This document shows positions 29,345 through 39,673 of a stretch of DNA of 64,000 nt, one piece after another. How positions within the stretch are numbered: position 1 is the first letter of the stretch; each line of letters starts with the position of its first letter. The stretch lies in the IMG/VR virus record IMGVR_UViG_3300027747_000967, positions 1-64,000 of that record, one strand, 5' to 3'. The position numbers were made by a program, and so were the translations under genes. The DNA is from a virus. The notes under the pieces were generated by a model that was given only the letters and a program-made list of their open reading frames with translations, had not been told where the DNA came from and did no database searches.

Positions 29345-29668
29345 TTAAATCCCAAAAGGTGAAATTGTTGCATAATCGCCAGTCAATACATTTCCTCTAG
29401 AGAAATTCTTTGCGGGCGCCTTCCAACTGGCCGATTTTAAAATATCGCCATGTTTAAACTTTCCTTGGTCGCCAATCACAATGTAAGAATGTGAAGTGCG
29501 ACCTGAACCAAATTTACCATAAACGCTCTCGGCAATAATTTTTACATATTTTCTGCCTGCCTCATACACGAATACTGTTTCGCTACGAGGAAATTGTGCA
29601 TACAATGCTTTTTCTAAATGCCTGCAATATTCACTTATTGCTAAATCTAAATCAGAGAATTGGCTCAT
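29345..29668 (-). CDS. Conserved phage early protein (start likely MSQF)
   Basis: GRKYVKI..GDILKSASWKAPAKN..RGNV; AGGA RBS. Confidence 0.7.
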   Translation of the reverse strand: MSQFSDLDLAISEYCRHLEKALYAQFPRSETVFVYEAGRKYVKIIAESVYGKFGSGRTSHSYIVIGDQGKFKHGDILKSASWKAPAKNFSRGNVLTGDYATISPFGI

Positions 29669-29836
29669 TTTGCTTCCTTTCTTTATAAATGTCATCAATC
29701 GTATTATCATTTAATTCTAACAATACACGCTCTTGCAATTCCATAACTAGTATCAATAAATCTCTTTTTTTCATTTTAGAGATTTCTTCCATATCCTTAC
29801 GGATAATAAAATCTATTTTATCGTAAACTGTCATAA

Positions 29837-30115
29837 TTACCTTAATTTCAATACTCTAAAATCAAATTCCATAAAACTTACTTCGTGCGGTACGAATACA
29901 ATCTGGCCGATACGGTTATCTGGAGTTTTGATTGTTTCTACGTCCGCAATAAACTTATCTGCCGTGACTGTAATCTTATACGCCAAATAACCAGGTTCTG
30001 TGCAACGGTCGTTTTCTACAATTCCTTCAACATACGCATCACCACGACCTGCCATTGGAATAAAATCATATGCTCTGATTGTATCACCGATTACTGCTTT
30101 ATTTGAATGTTTCAT
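29837..30115 (-). CDS. Conserved phage hypothetical protein
   Basis: GDTIRAYDF.PM.GR.DAYVEG; first gene after the 30145 promoter. Confidence 0.65.
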   Translation of the reverse strand: MKHSNKAVIGDTIRAYDFIPMAGRGDAYVEGIVENDRCTEPGYLAYKITVTADKFIADVETIKTPDNRIGQIVFVPHEVSFMEFDFRVLKLR

Positions 30116-30144
30116 ATAGTTCCTCTCTCATTTAATATACAACC

Positions 30145-30205
30145 ATTTTAAAGGATTACCTGCAAAATGGCAAGTAATCATTTGAAAGTGTTGTTTTTTA
30201 GCAAC
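30145..30205 (-). promoter_or_regulatory. Early promoter with palindromic box
   Basis: TTGCCA-17-TAAAAT; GTTGT-N6-GCAAC at 30190-30205; near-duplicate of 32254-32314. Confidence 0.75.
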
Positions 30206-30546
30206 ACATTGATTTTAAAGAAGTTTCACCATAAACTTGTGTTTTACAATTTTGCTTTGAAACCTCAATAAAATCAATCATTTATACAACAAAATCCAAG
30301 GTTTCAATCTGCACAAATTCTTCATGGATGCCTCTGGTTTCGTGAAAATCCTTTAATTCAAGAGTTTTGGCAAACCAATCAGCATCTGTTTTTCTTGCAA
30401 ACGCCATACGATTGACATAACCATCTTCCGGCCCCCATGTTTTGACTAGATAAACTTTATCACTCATATTATTTCCTTAATTTTTAAAAAATAAAATTGC
30501 TAATACAACACCTAGTATTATGTGTAACATTATTTCATTTGACATA

Positions 30547-31173
30547 TTATTCCTCTATTGTAAATTTGCCTTCAGTATTAAATTCATGCGGAGTTTCATT
30601 TTCTTCCTCCGCCATTTCTTCTTCCCATTCTCTCATATTTTCTGAAATACAAAACATTTCATCTAATTCTTCAGGAATTGATTCTGCAACAGCATCAGCA
30701 TTTGCATAATCACTTAATTCGTAATATTCATCATTTCCATCTTCCCAGATACCACAGAAAGCCATACCTGATTCATAGTAATATGCACGAATTGTAAAAC
30801 CCATTTCAACCAATTTCTCATATGCTTGAATTGGAGGACCCCATGGCGTATCAAATGATAATGTGACATTATCGCCATCTTCATTGTAATTACTCCATGG
30901 TGAAATATCCCATTTACAACCCCATTGATTGATACAAAAATCGTACCATGTAGAATAACCACATTTCTCTCGGTTTTCTTCCATTTGCTTTTCTAGAGCA
31001 ATTTGATTTTCATCATTATTATCACCTACACGACCAGCTGTAATTTTTAACTCTGCTGGTACGGGTATAAATTCTTCAAGTAATCGACCTTCATTAAAAG
31101 AAGATTTTACACGATTCATCATTTCCGCATCTTCGTGAGAAATCTTTACTATGTTTGAGTTCCAATTTGGCAT
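30547..31173 (-). CDS. YubB/Api92-like ferredoxin-fold protein
   Basis: MPNWNSN, WYDFC..WGCKWD, FDTPWGPP, YYESGMAFCG. Confidence 0.7.
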   Translation of the reverse strand: MPNWNSNIVKISHEDAEMMNRVKSSFNEGRLLEEFIPVPAELKITAGRVGDNNDENQIALEKQMEENREKCGYSTWYDFCINQWGCKWDISPWSNYNEDGDNVTLSFDTPWGPPIQAYEKLVEMGFTIRAYYYESGMAFCGIWEDGNDEYYELSDYANADAVAESIPEELDEMFCISENMREWEEEMAEEENETPHEFNTEGKFTIEE

Positions 31174-31226
31174 ATTGTATTCCTTTTCTTTATGTTAGTT
31201 TATGTTGCTAAGTCTTTACTTCGTTA

Positions 31227-32006
31227 TTAAGCTGCTACTCGTAATTGTGATAATTTTTCAACCGATAAGCTAGAAACATATGGAGATTTTACGAATCCAG
31301 TCGTATCTTTCTTTGCTTTACCTTTTGCATAAAGACCTACAACCACACCTTTTGGATCCAGAAAGCGTAAATCGCTATCATCGCCATTGAATACAGGACG
31401 GTTATAATAAGTTTCAGGCATTTCTTCAGTTTTCTTTAAATCAAACACTACGGCAATATTGTAACCTTGCTGTTTTGCCATTAAAACATCTAAATCATTA
31501 CCATCAGCAGCAGAGAAAGTTAAATGATAATTCGGAATGCCAGATACTTTACGACCTAACACTTTTGTATAATCATAGAATTGAACAAAAGGGAATGCTT
31601 CAAAGATATTAACATAATGAATATTGCCTACTTGCACGCCATACTTTTCCCATGATAAGTCCGAAGTACCGTTTAAACGAAAAACTGGAATTAAACCTAA
31701 TCTCTCGCTTTGCTTTAATGCCAATAAAATATCTTTTACTAACAATGACATAAACGCATTTCTGTCATCAAAAAACATCTTGGTTTTACGAATACGAGCT
31801 TGCTGTATCATATTAGTAAATTCACCTTTTTTGAACATACCGCCACGACCTGCAAGATTCAAACAAGCATTAGAACAACCGACCGTCCGTTTTGGACAAA
31901 CCTCACGACCTGACAAATCAGCCGGTGCTAAGTGTAGAATATAAGTATTATAACCTTGTTTAATACCTTTTAACACTTTTGGATTACCCGTTGATAATAA
32001 TTTCAT
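31227..32006 (-). CDS. Gene-product-88-like Cys-cluster protein
   Basis: CP....GC...CL..AGRG, FRLNGTSDL.WE, FYDYTK, NYHLTFS, GDDSDLRFLD. Confidence 0.7.
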   Translation of the reverse strand: MKLLSTGNPKVLKGIKQGYNTYILHLAPADLSGREVCPKRTVGCSNACLNLAGRGGMFKKGEFTNMIQQARIRKTKMFFDDRNAFMSLLVKDILLALKQSERLGLIPVFRLNGTSDLSWEKYGVQVGNIHYVNIFEAFPFVQFYDYTKVLGRKVSGIPNYHLTFSAADGNDLDVLMAKQQGYNIAVVFDLKKTEEMPETYYNRPVFNGDDSDLRFLDPKGVVVGLYAKGKAKKDTTGFVKSPYVSSLSVEKLSQLRVAA

Positions 32007-32253
32007 ATTACACCATCCTGTTTAATTGAATACTATAAGAATTTCTTTTCATGTTACTATCATATGAATATACAGTCTGCGCAATACCGTCTGCATTGAA
32101 CAAATTACCATATAAACATTTAACTGCATTATTGATAACTGTATTATCACCTACTCTGCATTCTTTTATTGCTTTCTCGCTAGTGTAAAATGATACACCG
32201 TTTACGATAACTCTAAATTTACTCATATAACCTTTCACATTTAATATACAACC

Positions 32254-32314
32254 ATTTTAAAGGATAACCTACATTTTGGCAAGTAATCTTTTAAAACTGT
32301 CGTGTAAAAACAAC
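32254..32314 (-). promoter_or_regulatory. Early promoter with palindromic box
   Basis: TTGCCA-17-TAAAAT; GTCGT-N6-ACAAC at 32299-32314. Confidence 0.75.
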
Positions 32315-33402
32315 AGCTTAACCACTACAACCTCTATATCCAATAAATTGAACAATTCATTTTATATTCATTTTGAAGTAAACGTAATTCGTCCAAATTG
32401 ACCTTACGCTTACCAAATGATTCAAATAACGTATGAGCTAAAGAACATCTAGGAGTAAAAATATCATTACCATCTGAATCCATTTTACCGTTTATCTGAA
32501 TTACTTTAAACATATAAAATCCTTTTTTTCCAATAATATCTCACTTATGCTATTATCTCTATATGATACAGTATATGGATTATCTAAAGATATTGTATAA
32601 ACAACCTTTTTACCAGAACCGCCATATAGTCTAGATGATAGAATCGTACCTGTAATTCCAGATGCATAACCTGACTTTACTTGAATTTTAGTATTATTTG
32701 CTAATATTCTCATATTAAAACCTTTCTTATTCAATCGTTACTTTTTGCAATTCGTCTTTTAATTCATCAATAGACATATTGTTTAAACCTTTAAAACCAT
32801 ACATGATAAAATCGTATAGAGTATTATCATTATAACTTGTATCATTTTGGCAATTATCTATAATTAAATTGCATATTTTGGTAATCATTTTATCTTGATT
32901 CATTTAAAACCTTTCAATATTTACATTAAATTTACATCAAATATATTCTATATAACTAAAAGTAATATAGACGCTTATAGTGTCGCTAGTATGACATACA
33001 CTGCGAAACTTAGTTTCTACTTACAATTCTCCTGAGCGCATCCAGAAACATCCTGTGCGGTTCCAGAGATACTTTAAACTGCCATATCTTGAAGATTTTG
33101 AATTTTACTCTCAAGATACTTAATGCGTTCATGTCGTAATTGTGCCACTTCGCTATCACTACGAATATATACATCAAACGAATGTGCATCAGCTTTTGGC
33201 GTAGCATTACTTGTAGTATTCTTGCGAGTTCCTCTATACATTACATAAAATCTCTGGGAGCCATCTACAATACTTCTAAATGTATCAATCTCTTTTATTG
33301 GAATATTCTTATATGTCGAGCGTAAACCGGAGCTGGCTCTAGTAGCATATCTACCATACAATGTTGCAAGTGTATCACTAATTTTATAATCTGTTCTATA
33401 AT

Positions 33403-33591
33403 TCATACTATCTCTTTCTTTGTTAAATTGTGAATTTTTCTTATTACTTCGCAAATATCATCTGAAACGTCATCTTCTATATCAGCATAATAATTTAATG
33501 CATCGTATATAACGTCTAATTGTTTATCAGTCAATTCTACTGTTTTTTCAAGTTTTAAATTCTCGACTTTTACTAGTTTATATGTAATCAT
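33403..33591 (-). CDS. Small protein lacking Gly, Pro and Trp
   Basis: ORF track translation; lies in the GG/CC-free zone. Confidence 0.55.
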   Translation of the reverse strand: MITYKLVKVENLKLEKTVELTDKQLDVIYDALNYYADIEDDVSDDICEVIRKIHNLTKKEIV

Positions 33592-33603
33592 ACTATCTCT
33601 TTC

Positions 33604-33921
33604 TTAAAGTAATTCGTTTAACTGTGAATATAAGAATTCTACATCATCGTGAATATCGCAACTTGTAAAATCATCATCATCATGATTTGACGTATTATTC
33701 TCATTATCATAATATATTTCAAAGACTGTATGGTCGAGTTTAATAGGCTCGTTTTGAAAAAAATTACACGGACTATAAAAATGTTCGATTACATAACATA
33801 CTTTACGATTGAATTTATCAAAAAACTCATATTCATTACATTCTACTGATTCAAATGATTGTTTAATTGTAACATCATAATCATTCGCAATACTTGTTAT
33901 TTCATTTAAAAATTGATTCAT
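33604..33921 (-). CDS. Small highly acidic protein, no Gly
   Basis: D/E-rich, e.g. NHDDDDFTSCDIHDDVEF. Confidence 0.6.
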   Translation of the reverse strand: MNQFLNEITSIANDYDVTIKQSFESVECNEYEFFDKFNRKVCYVIEHFYSPCNFFQNEPIKLDHTVFEIYYDNENNTSNHDDDDFTSCDIHDDVEFLYSQLNELL

Positions 33922-33938
33922 ATTTTCTTTCTATATTA

Positions 33939-34160
33939 TTATTGTGACATAAATTCATCAAACTCTTGTTTAATTGTGTTTTCAATCAATTGAATTTCAT
34001 GTAACTCTTGTTTTCTTTCATCTGATTCTAAATAATCTTCAATACGTTCAACGCAATGTTGATGAACGTTGATATATTCAGTTCTGTAGTTTTCACATGA
34101 ATTTAATAAAAATTCATAAAATTCTTTTGCAGTTTTTTCTTTACTCATTTTTTCTTTCAT
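33939..34160 (-). CDS. Small acidic protein lacking Gly, Pro and Trp
   Basis: First gene after the 34180 promoter. Confidence 0.6.
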   Translation of the reverse strand: MKEKMSKEKTAKEFYEFLLNSCENYRTEYINVHQHCVERIEDYLESDERKQELHEIQLIENTIKQEFDEFMSQ

Positions 34161-34179
34161 TTGTTTAACTAATACATCT

Positions 34180-34240
34180 ATTATACAGTAATCTCAAAAA
34201 AAGTCAAGAAATTACTCTATATTAGTGTCTTAAAAACAAC
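34180..34240 (-). promoter_or_regulatory. Early promoter with degenerate box
   Basis: TTGACT-16-TATAAT; GTGTC-N6-ACAAC. Confidence 0.65.
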
Positions 34241-34830
34241 ACTAGCGGGCGTCTTTTACTTCGGCATCTGATAATAACGAGAAGCAAAATCAGCTCGTTC
34301 TCGCTCATAATCGCTTCTTCTATCTGGATTATTAACTTTTAATTCAGCCCACCATACTAATTTTTCTTGCGTCATCTCTGGATGCTTTTGTTTCAAATCA
34401 GCAACATAATCATTTTGCTGTTCTTGCGTCATATCGCACCATTTTGTTTCATTGATTATACTCATATACTCTCTTTCTTAATTACTTCAATAATTCAAGT
34501 ATTTCTTCGCTTGTCTCTTTTACCCAAATGTGAGCAGTATTAGATAATGATATGCGAGTCGCAATTATTTCATAATAATTATCTTTTGCAAGCATTGATT
34601 TTGATTCATCTACTTTAAAGCCAAATTTGCGAGTTCTTCCAAACATTGTAATTGCATCTTTATTTACAAAAATGTCGTAAACAGTCGTTATAATATCGCC
34701 ATTTCCAGCTTTAGTAGAATAATCATCTACATGAGTTAATTTTATTGTATTCATATTTCACTTTCTTTATTAATTAATCTTACTCTAATATACTCATAGA
34801 ATACATTAGATAAAACAATTAAAAAACTAC

Positions 34831-35235
34831 TTAAACAGTAGCAGCTTTCTTAGCAGCAAACTTAGCAGCTATTGCGTTCGCTTCTTGCGCTTCTACTTGT
34901 AACATTGTCACTTTAGAAGCTTTGCGATTCGCTTTAATCGCTTTTGAGCCGACTGGCTTCGCTTTCTTATCTTGTAACTTCTGTAAACGCAACTGAGCTT
35001 TCGCAATTCTATCTTGTAACTTCAATTCAGCATCAGCAGCTTTTACAGCACGTGCTTGAGCTCTTGTTTCACGGTCTTGCTCACGCATCTCTTTTTGAAT
35101 TCTCTTATAATCTCGATTAAGAGCTACTTCATTTTTAATAGAAGCTTTAAGAGCTGTTAATGTTTCTCTTTTTTGGGCAAGAGTTAAGCCTTCAATGGAA
35201 CTACAAGCAAATGTAAACATAGTGTTTTCTTTCAT
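34831..35235 (-). CDS. Lys/Ala-rich basic coiled-coil protein, first gene of the early island
   Basis: Composition (AAKFAAKKAA); downstream of the 35356 promoter. Confidence 0.65.
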   Translation of the reverse strand: MKENTMFTFACSSIEGLTLAQKRETLTALKASIKNEVALNRDYKRIQKEMREQDRETRAQARAVKAADAELKLQDRIAKAQLRLQKLQDKKAKPVGSKAIKANRKASKVTMLQVEAQEANAIAAKFAAKKAATV

Positions 35236-35355
35236 ATAAAATAAATGTTAATAATTAATAATACTGCTGATAATATCATAGAGTATAAACAAATAATCAA
35301 TAAATTGTCTATATACTGTAATTCGTTTTTCTCTTTAATCTTCATCATGTAAACC

Positions 35356-35383
35356 ATTATACAGTAATTTAAGAATTTGTCAA
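35356..35383 (-). promoter_or_regulatory. First promoter of the early island
   Basis: TTGACA-16-TATAAT-GGTT. Confidence 0.7.
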
Positions 35384-35399
35384 TCGTTATTTTTTGCGT

Positions 35400-35760
35400 T
35401 TCTATCTATTTGATTTTATTGAAGAAAATACTTGAGTAAATTAGTATAGTATAGAAATTATAACGAATTTTTCGTGTTTTTCTGCGTTTTTGTGTGTTTT
35501 TGTGTAAAAAGACGCAGCTCCAAGAGTCAATGAGTGTAAGAGTGAGAGAGTGATGAGCTCCAGAGCCGTGTGTAGACTGACTGAGAATGATCGAAGAGTG
35601 ACTGTAGAGCCGTGTGTGTGTTGAGTGTGAGTGATGAATAATAAAAAAAGTTCATTCCAGGTCGGACTGATTATTTCCATTATTTTTTTTCAGGAGGAAT
35701 TCGTGTTCCTCAAAATTTTTCCCGCAAGAACTCTGTGTTCCTAGAATTTTTTTTGGAAGG
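35400..35760. other. Non-coding strand-asymmetric repeat region (candidate origin, packaging or terminus element)
   Basis: GT-T5 repeats, GAGTG/GTGTG-rich tract, agagccgtgtgt x2, gtgttcct..aattttt x2. Confidence 0.45.
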
Positions 35761-36433
35761 CTACTCGCTTCCTACGACATTTTCTATATTTGTGTTTATC
35801 CTTAGGCCCTCCACGAGTGGCAATCCACACAGGTAGACTTACACAAGAGCAAAAAATCACTAAAGCCCATAATTGGTCAAACGTAATCATACATTATCCT
35901 TTCAATCAAAGTAATCTTCCTCTATGATTCCATTATCCAGACATTCCCTGATGAATTCGTTTGCACATCCATCACTTAGTATAGCATCAGAAATCATATT
36001 TTCAATGATAACACGTTTTTCTGTATCAATATTGTGTTCCGACCATGGAAAATTATCTACAAGTCGTTCCACACAAACAAATACCCAATTTTCCTGATTT
36101 TGTTGTTCCATCCAATTCATTTACAGTCCTCTCCATCCTAAAAGAAAGCAAGTTTTCACCCATTCATTGAAATTCTTAGAGAATCGTGTTTTGTGTAGTA
36201 AATCCAAGTAAATATATGGAAACCAAAGAACAAACAATGGTCTCCTTACATAAGGATTCTTTATATGTGATATTTTAGCAGTAATATTCATTCTTCATAA
36301 CCTAATTCGTATTTTTTCACTTTTTTCATCAATGCCGACCATTCCGTAGCACGTTCTTTGAGTTCACCATTGAGCCAAAACTCAAAATACTTACCATTGT
36401 GTTCATATTTTATGTGTATTTTTTCTTTGGACT

Positions 36434-36853
36434 TCATTTCTCTTGTGCCTTTCTTAGTATTGCTCTAGCAAACCATTTCAACTGCTCCATTGATGAATGA
36501 CCATCAACATTAGCCCTTGCTATGCTTTCTATTTCCTCATTTGTTAGTTCCCGTTCAATCTCTTGCCCAATATCAGATAACCGTTGTAATGCTAATTCTT
36601 TTTTCAACGCTTCTATTTCAGCTTGTTGCAGTTCTATCTTTTGATACAGTAAGTCAATCAGTCTTTTATCACCGTTGGCCGTGCGTTCATCTATATTTGT
36701 GTTCGTCTTACTACGCAACCCATCTATTTCTTGGGCTTGTTGGCGTAGCATGGTTTGTGCTAGTTCAATATTGTTGGCATAATCATAATATTCTTCACTG
36801 GTTAAAATTGATATTGAACCTTCTAATTCATCTGCTAGTTCATTTGCAGTCAT
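36434..36853 (-). CDS. Modular small phage protein
   Basis: MTANELADEL..TMLRQQ..EIEALK..ELT.EEI..FARAILRKAQEK. Confidence 0.65.
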   Translation of the reverse strand: MTANELADELEGSISILTSEEYYDYANNIELAQTMLRQQAQEIDGLRSKTNTNIDERTANGDKRLIDLLYQKIELQQAEIEALKKELALQRLSDIGQEIERELTNEEIESIARANVDGHSSMEQLKWFARAILRKAQEK

Positions 36854-37474
36854 TTCTCAGGTCCTTCACTCCATTTAAATCCTAATAGTTTATACATTAC
36901 CTTCTGTAAAACAGACGGTTTCTTCTCAATCCCAATATGCATTACCCCAATCTTCAGTTCTCCTACTGAATTGCTGGGCGAAACAGTAAGTGAAGGAGAA
37001 ATGGTTGTCATACCAACACCAAGAGGAACATTACCTGATCCAAAGGTGTAGTTAGCAGGTACAGCATAAAGTTTCCGTCTTGTATCACAACCTTCAGTAT
37101 CCAAGTCAAGACTTAACTGAATTCCATAGTGAGGCCACAGAAACTCCATTTCAGTTTGAGTTTGTATCATGTTTTATTCCGAGTATGTAATGACATTTTT
37201 CTACATTCCTCTTTCACTTTTATTGGAATGTCAGGTGAAATCTCTGCAAGCCGACAGTCATATCCTACTTCTTTGTATTTCGGATGTAAAAAAATGATAA
37301 GAAACAATAAGGCAAGTCCTACAGCAAACATTCCAGCAACAATGAGAACATCCTTAGTAGTTATTTCAGTTATTTCAGTATTCTTGGTATATTTTTTCAT
37401 ATTGTATCAGAGTATATCAGTAATTATCAGGAACTGCGTGGAACCCCCCAGAGGAGGCGTTCCAAACCGTTTAG

Positions 37475-37741
37475 TTATTCAAAAACACCGACTACGTTTT
37501 CTTCCTTAACAATCCAAAGTTCTTTATCTTCGTGTTTGAACTTAGTGGATTTGCTCCAGTCTGCTACTATTATATCACCTACTTGAACATCAAGGCAATC
37601 AGATCCTGCAAATAATACCGTACCACGAGATACTTCATCACGGTCAACGGAGGTGAGGATGATACCAGAATCGGTCACCTTTTCTTTTTGAATTAATTCT
37701 ACTACTAATTTATTTTTGGTTGGTTGTAACATGGTAGACAT
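37475..37741 (-). CDS. groES: GroES-like co-chaperonin
   Basis: LQPTKNKLVV, TDSGIIL, GTVLFAG, VQVGD, EENVVGV. Confidence 0.85.
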   Translation of the reverse strand: MSTMLQPTKNKLVVELIQKEKVTDSGIILTSVDRDEVSRGTVLFAGSDCLDVQVGDIIVADWSKSTKFKHEDKELWIVKEENVVGVFE

Positions 37742-37817
37742 CCTTTCATGATATGAAATGTCATATTAAATATTAAAAAAACTATCGTTTCTACTTAGAT
37801 TTCTCCTATATAGATAT

Positions 37818-38249
37818 ATGGAAAGCAATAGTAGAGAATACGCTAAATTTAAAAGAACCTTTGTTGGTCCTCCACTTCCAAGAAAAATTAGGAAAGAAAG
37901 GAACATAGGCGGTTCTAAACCTATGCCTGCTGAAAAACCTTTAAAACATAATTCTGAAACAAAACAAACTATACATCATTTTATGCCTTTTGTAACGGAT
38001 GATTGGCGTAATGTTAGACATTGTAATAATATTAACCAAATTATAACGCCTAGTTGGGCCAACAAAGCGAAAATAAAAGAATTATATTATACTGCTAAAA
38101 AATTAACCGAACAAACCGGTGTAAGACATGAAGTAGACCATATAATACCAAAAAGACATCCTTTGGTTTGTGGTCTCCACGTTGAACACAATTTACAAAT
38201 TTTACAAAAATCTGAAAACTTACAGAAAACAAATACTTTTAACCTCTAG
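37818..38249 (+). CDS. HNH endonuclease domain protein, antisense orientation
   Basis: TPSWAN, HEVDHIIP..VCGLHVEHNLQIL..EN..K.N. Confidence 0.8.
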   Translation: MESNSREYAKFKRTFVGPPLPRKIRKERNIGGSKPMPAEKPLKHNSETKQTIHHFMPFVTDDWRNVRHCNNINQIITPSWANKAKIKELYYTAKKLTEQTGVRHEVDHIIPKRHPLVCGLHVEHNLQILQKSENLQKTNTFNL

Positions 38250-38257
38250 GAAAACAA

Positions 38258-38410
38258 ATGAACTTACTTAACTTACTTAAAAAACTCTTTAATACAACTA
38301 CTGCTTTAGAACTTTATATTGAATCAAAGCAACCTACAAATACTGCTGATATTGAAAATGCCACTAAAGACTATTTCACCAAATCAGCTAATGGTTATTT
38401 CTATAGCTAA
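38258..38410 (+). CDS. Small protein (50 aa, not in ORF track)
   Basis: AGGA RBS; MNLLNLLKKLFNTTTALELYIESKQPTNTADIENATKDYFTKSANGYFYS*. Confidence 0.55.
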   Translation: MNLLNLLKKLFNTTTALELYIESKQPTNTADIENATKDYFTKSANGYFYS

Positions 38411-39216
38411 ACCTTTAGCATTTCTTCATAGGTATAATTGCGTTCCATATAAGGTGACGGTTCTTTTAAGTAAGATTCAGCTAAGTCACCTTCTCTCCTT
38501 GGTCCATATGATGGCCATAAATTTATATCATTTACTTTAATAAATGTGTCAACAATTTCTTTGGTTGTTCTTGGATCGCCATAGGCAAGATTCTCAATTT
38601 TGTTTGATGGGTTATCAATCGCTTTGATAATAGCACGACAGATATCATTCACATGAACATACTCACGGACACAAGTACCATCTTTTGTCGGATAATCATT
38701 ACCAAAGATAGTAAAAGTAAATTTACCAATTTCTTTGGCTTTCATTAAGTTCATCATCAAACCATCAGGATTGGTTGGTGGAAATCCATCAGTACCAATG
38801 ACATTGTAAAAACGGAAGATGGTGTAATCGTAAGCTCTCTCTTTTACAATATCTTCTGCCATGCGTTTGGAGAAAGCATAAGATGAAACAGGATTCTCTG
38901 CGGCGCCCGTAGAAGCAAAAATAAAATTATGGTGGCGAATACTTTTTAATACATTCATTGTACCATTTACATTTGTATCAAAATAAGCACTAGGATTCTT
39001 TACCGATTCACCAACACGAACTAAAGCAGCCAAATGAATGATGGTATGAAATTCATACATAGCAGTAAATGGATATCTAATATCAACTCTATGGTTTTTC
39101 CTATCTTCTTCAATATCACAACCATGAATCAATATATCAGGTCGTGTCTGTTCAATCATCTTTACTAGATGTTGACCAATATAACCTTTGTTACCTGTAA
39201 TTAATACATTTTTCAT
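38407..39216 (-). CDS. NAD-dependent epimerase (GalE-like)
   Basis: LITGNKGYIG, HLAA, YAFSK, RFYNV, DGTCVREYVHV, RREGD. Confidence 0.9.
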   Translation of the reverse strand: MKNVLITGNKGYIGQHLVKMIEQTRPDILIHGCDIEEDRKNHRVDIRYPFTAMYEFHTIIHLAALVRVGESVKNPSAYFDTNVNGTMNVLKSIRHHNFIFASTGAAENPVSSYAFSKRMAEDIVKERAYDYTIFRFYNVIGTDGFPPTNPDGLMMNLMKAKEIGKFTFTIFGNDYPTKDGTCVREYVHVNDICRAIIKAIDNPSNKIENLAYGDPRTTKEIVDTFIKVNDINLWPSYGPRREGDLAESYLKEPSPYMERNYTYEEMLKV

Positions 39217-39331
39217 GGTCTTTGTGCTTTCAAATGATTCAATACGTTCATTACTTCTTGACGCATAGGATTATCATGCGGAAGCCAAACGTATACTCTA
39301 TTCAATAATTGAATTACTTGATTTAAATCCA

Positions 39332-39673
39332 TCATTTAAATATTCCCGACCATGTTTTGAGCTTATCACGTTTAGCATGACGAGCTGCATTGACATTAGA
39401 ATCGGAAAGAATTCCTTTTTCAATCAAAATATCAACCATGCAAAGCAAATCACCAATTTCTTCTTCTAGTCTGGCTTGATTACTTGGCCCATCTTTTGGC
39501 CAAGCGTCATTTGCACCAAAACGAAATATTTTAGAAATTGCTTGAATTACTTCAGCACATTCTTCTTGTGTGATAAGAAAAACCTCACTATTTGATATAT
39601 TATTCATTGAGTAATGTAGGTTTATCACCTTTAGATATATATTCAGCGGCAAAGTTATTAGCAGATTCTTCAT
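39332..39673 (-). CDS. MazG-like nucleotide pyrophosphohydrolase (true start likely near 39607)
   Basis: QEECAEVIQAISK..RFG..LEEEIGDL. Confidence 0.75.
   Translation of the reverse strand: MKNLLITLPLNIYLKVINLHYSMNNISNSEVFLITQEECAEVIQAISKIFRFGANDAWPKDGPSNQARLEEEIGDLLCMVDILIEKGILSDSNVNAARHAKRDKLKTWSGIFK

Larger units (their letters stand above)
17539..35400 (-). other. Early/host-takeover island of about 60 small co-oriented, mostly hypothetical genes
   Basis: Dense 35-300 aa minus-strand ORFs with stop/start overlaps and repeated sigma70 promoters. Confidence 0.8.

Noticed and set aside
35441-35680. 79-aa minus-strand ORF
   Set aside because: Translation reflects the low-complexity repeat tract; no convincing RBS
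10209-37470. tRNA genes in GC-rich intergenic patches (10.2, 23.95, 37.4 kb)
   Set aside because: No cloverleaf or GTTCRA T-loop recognised by eye; tRNAscan-SE would be decisive
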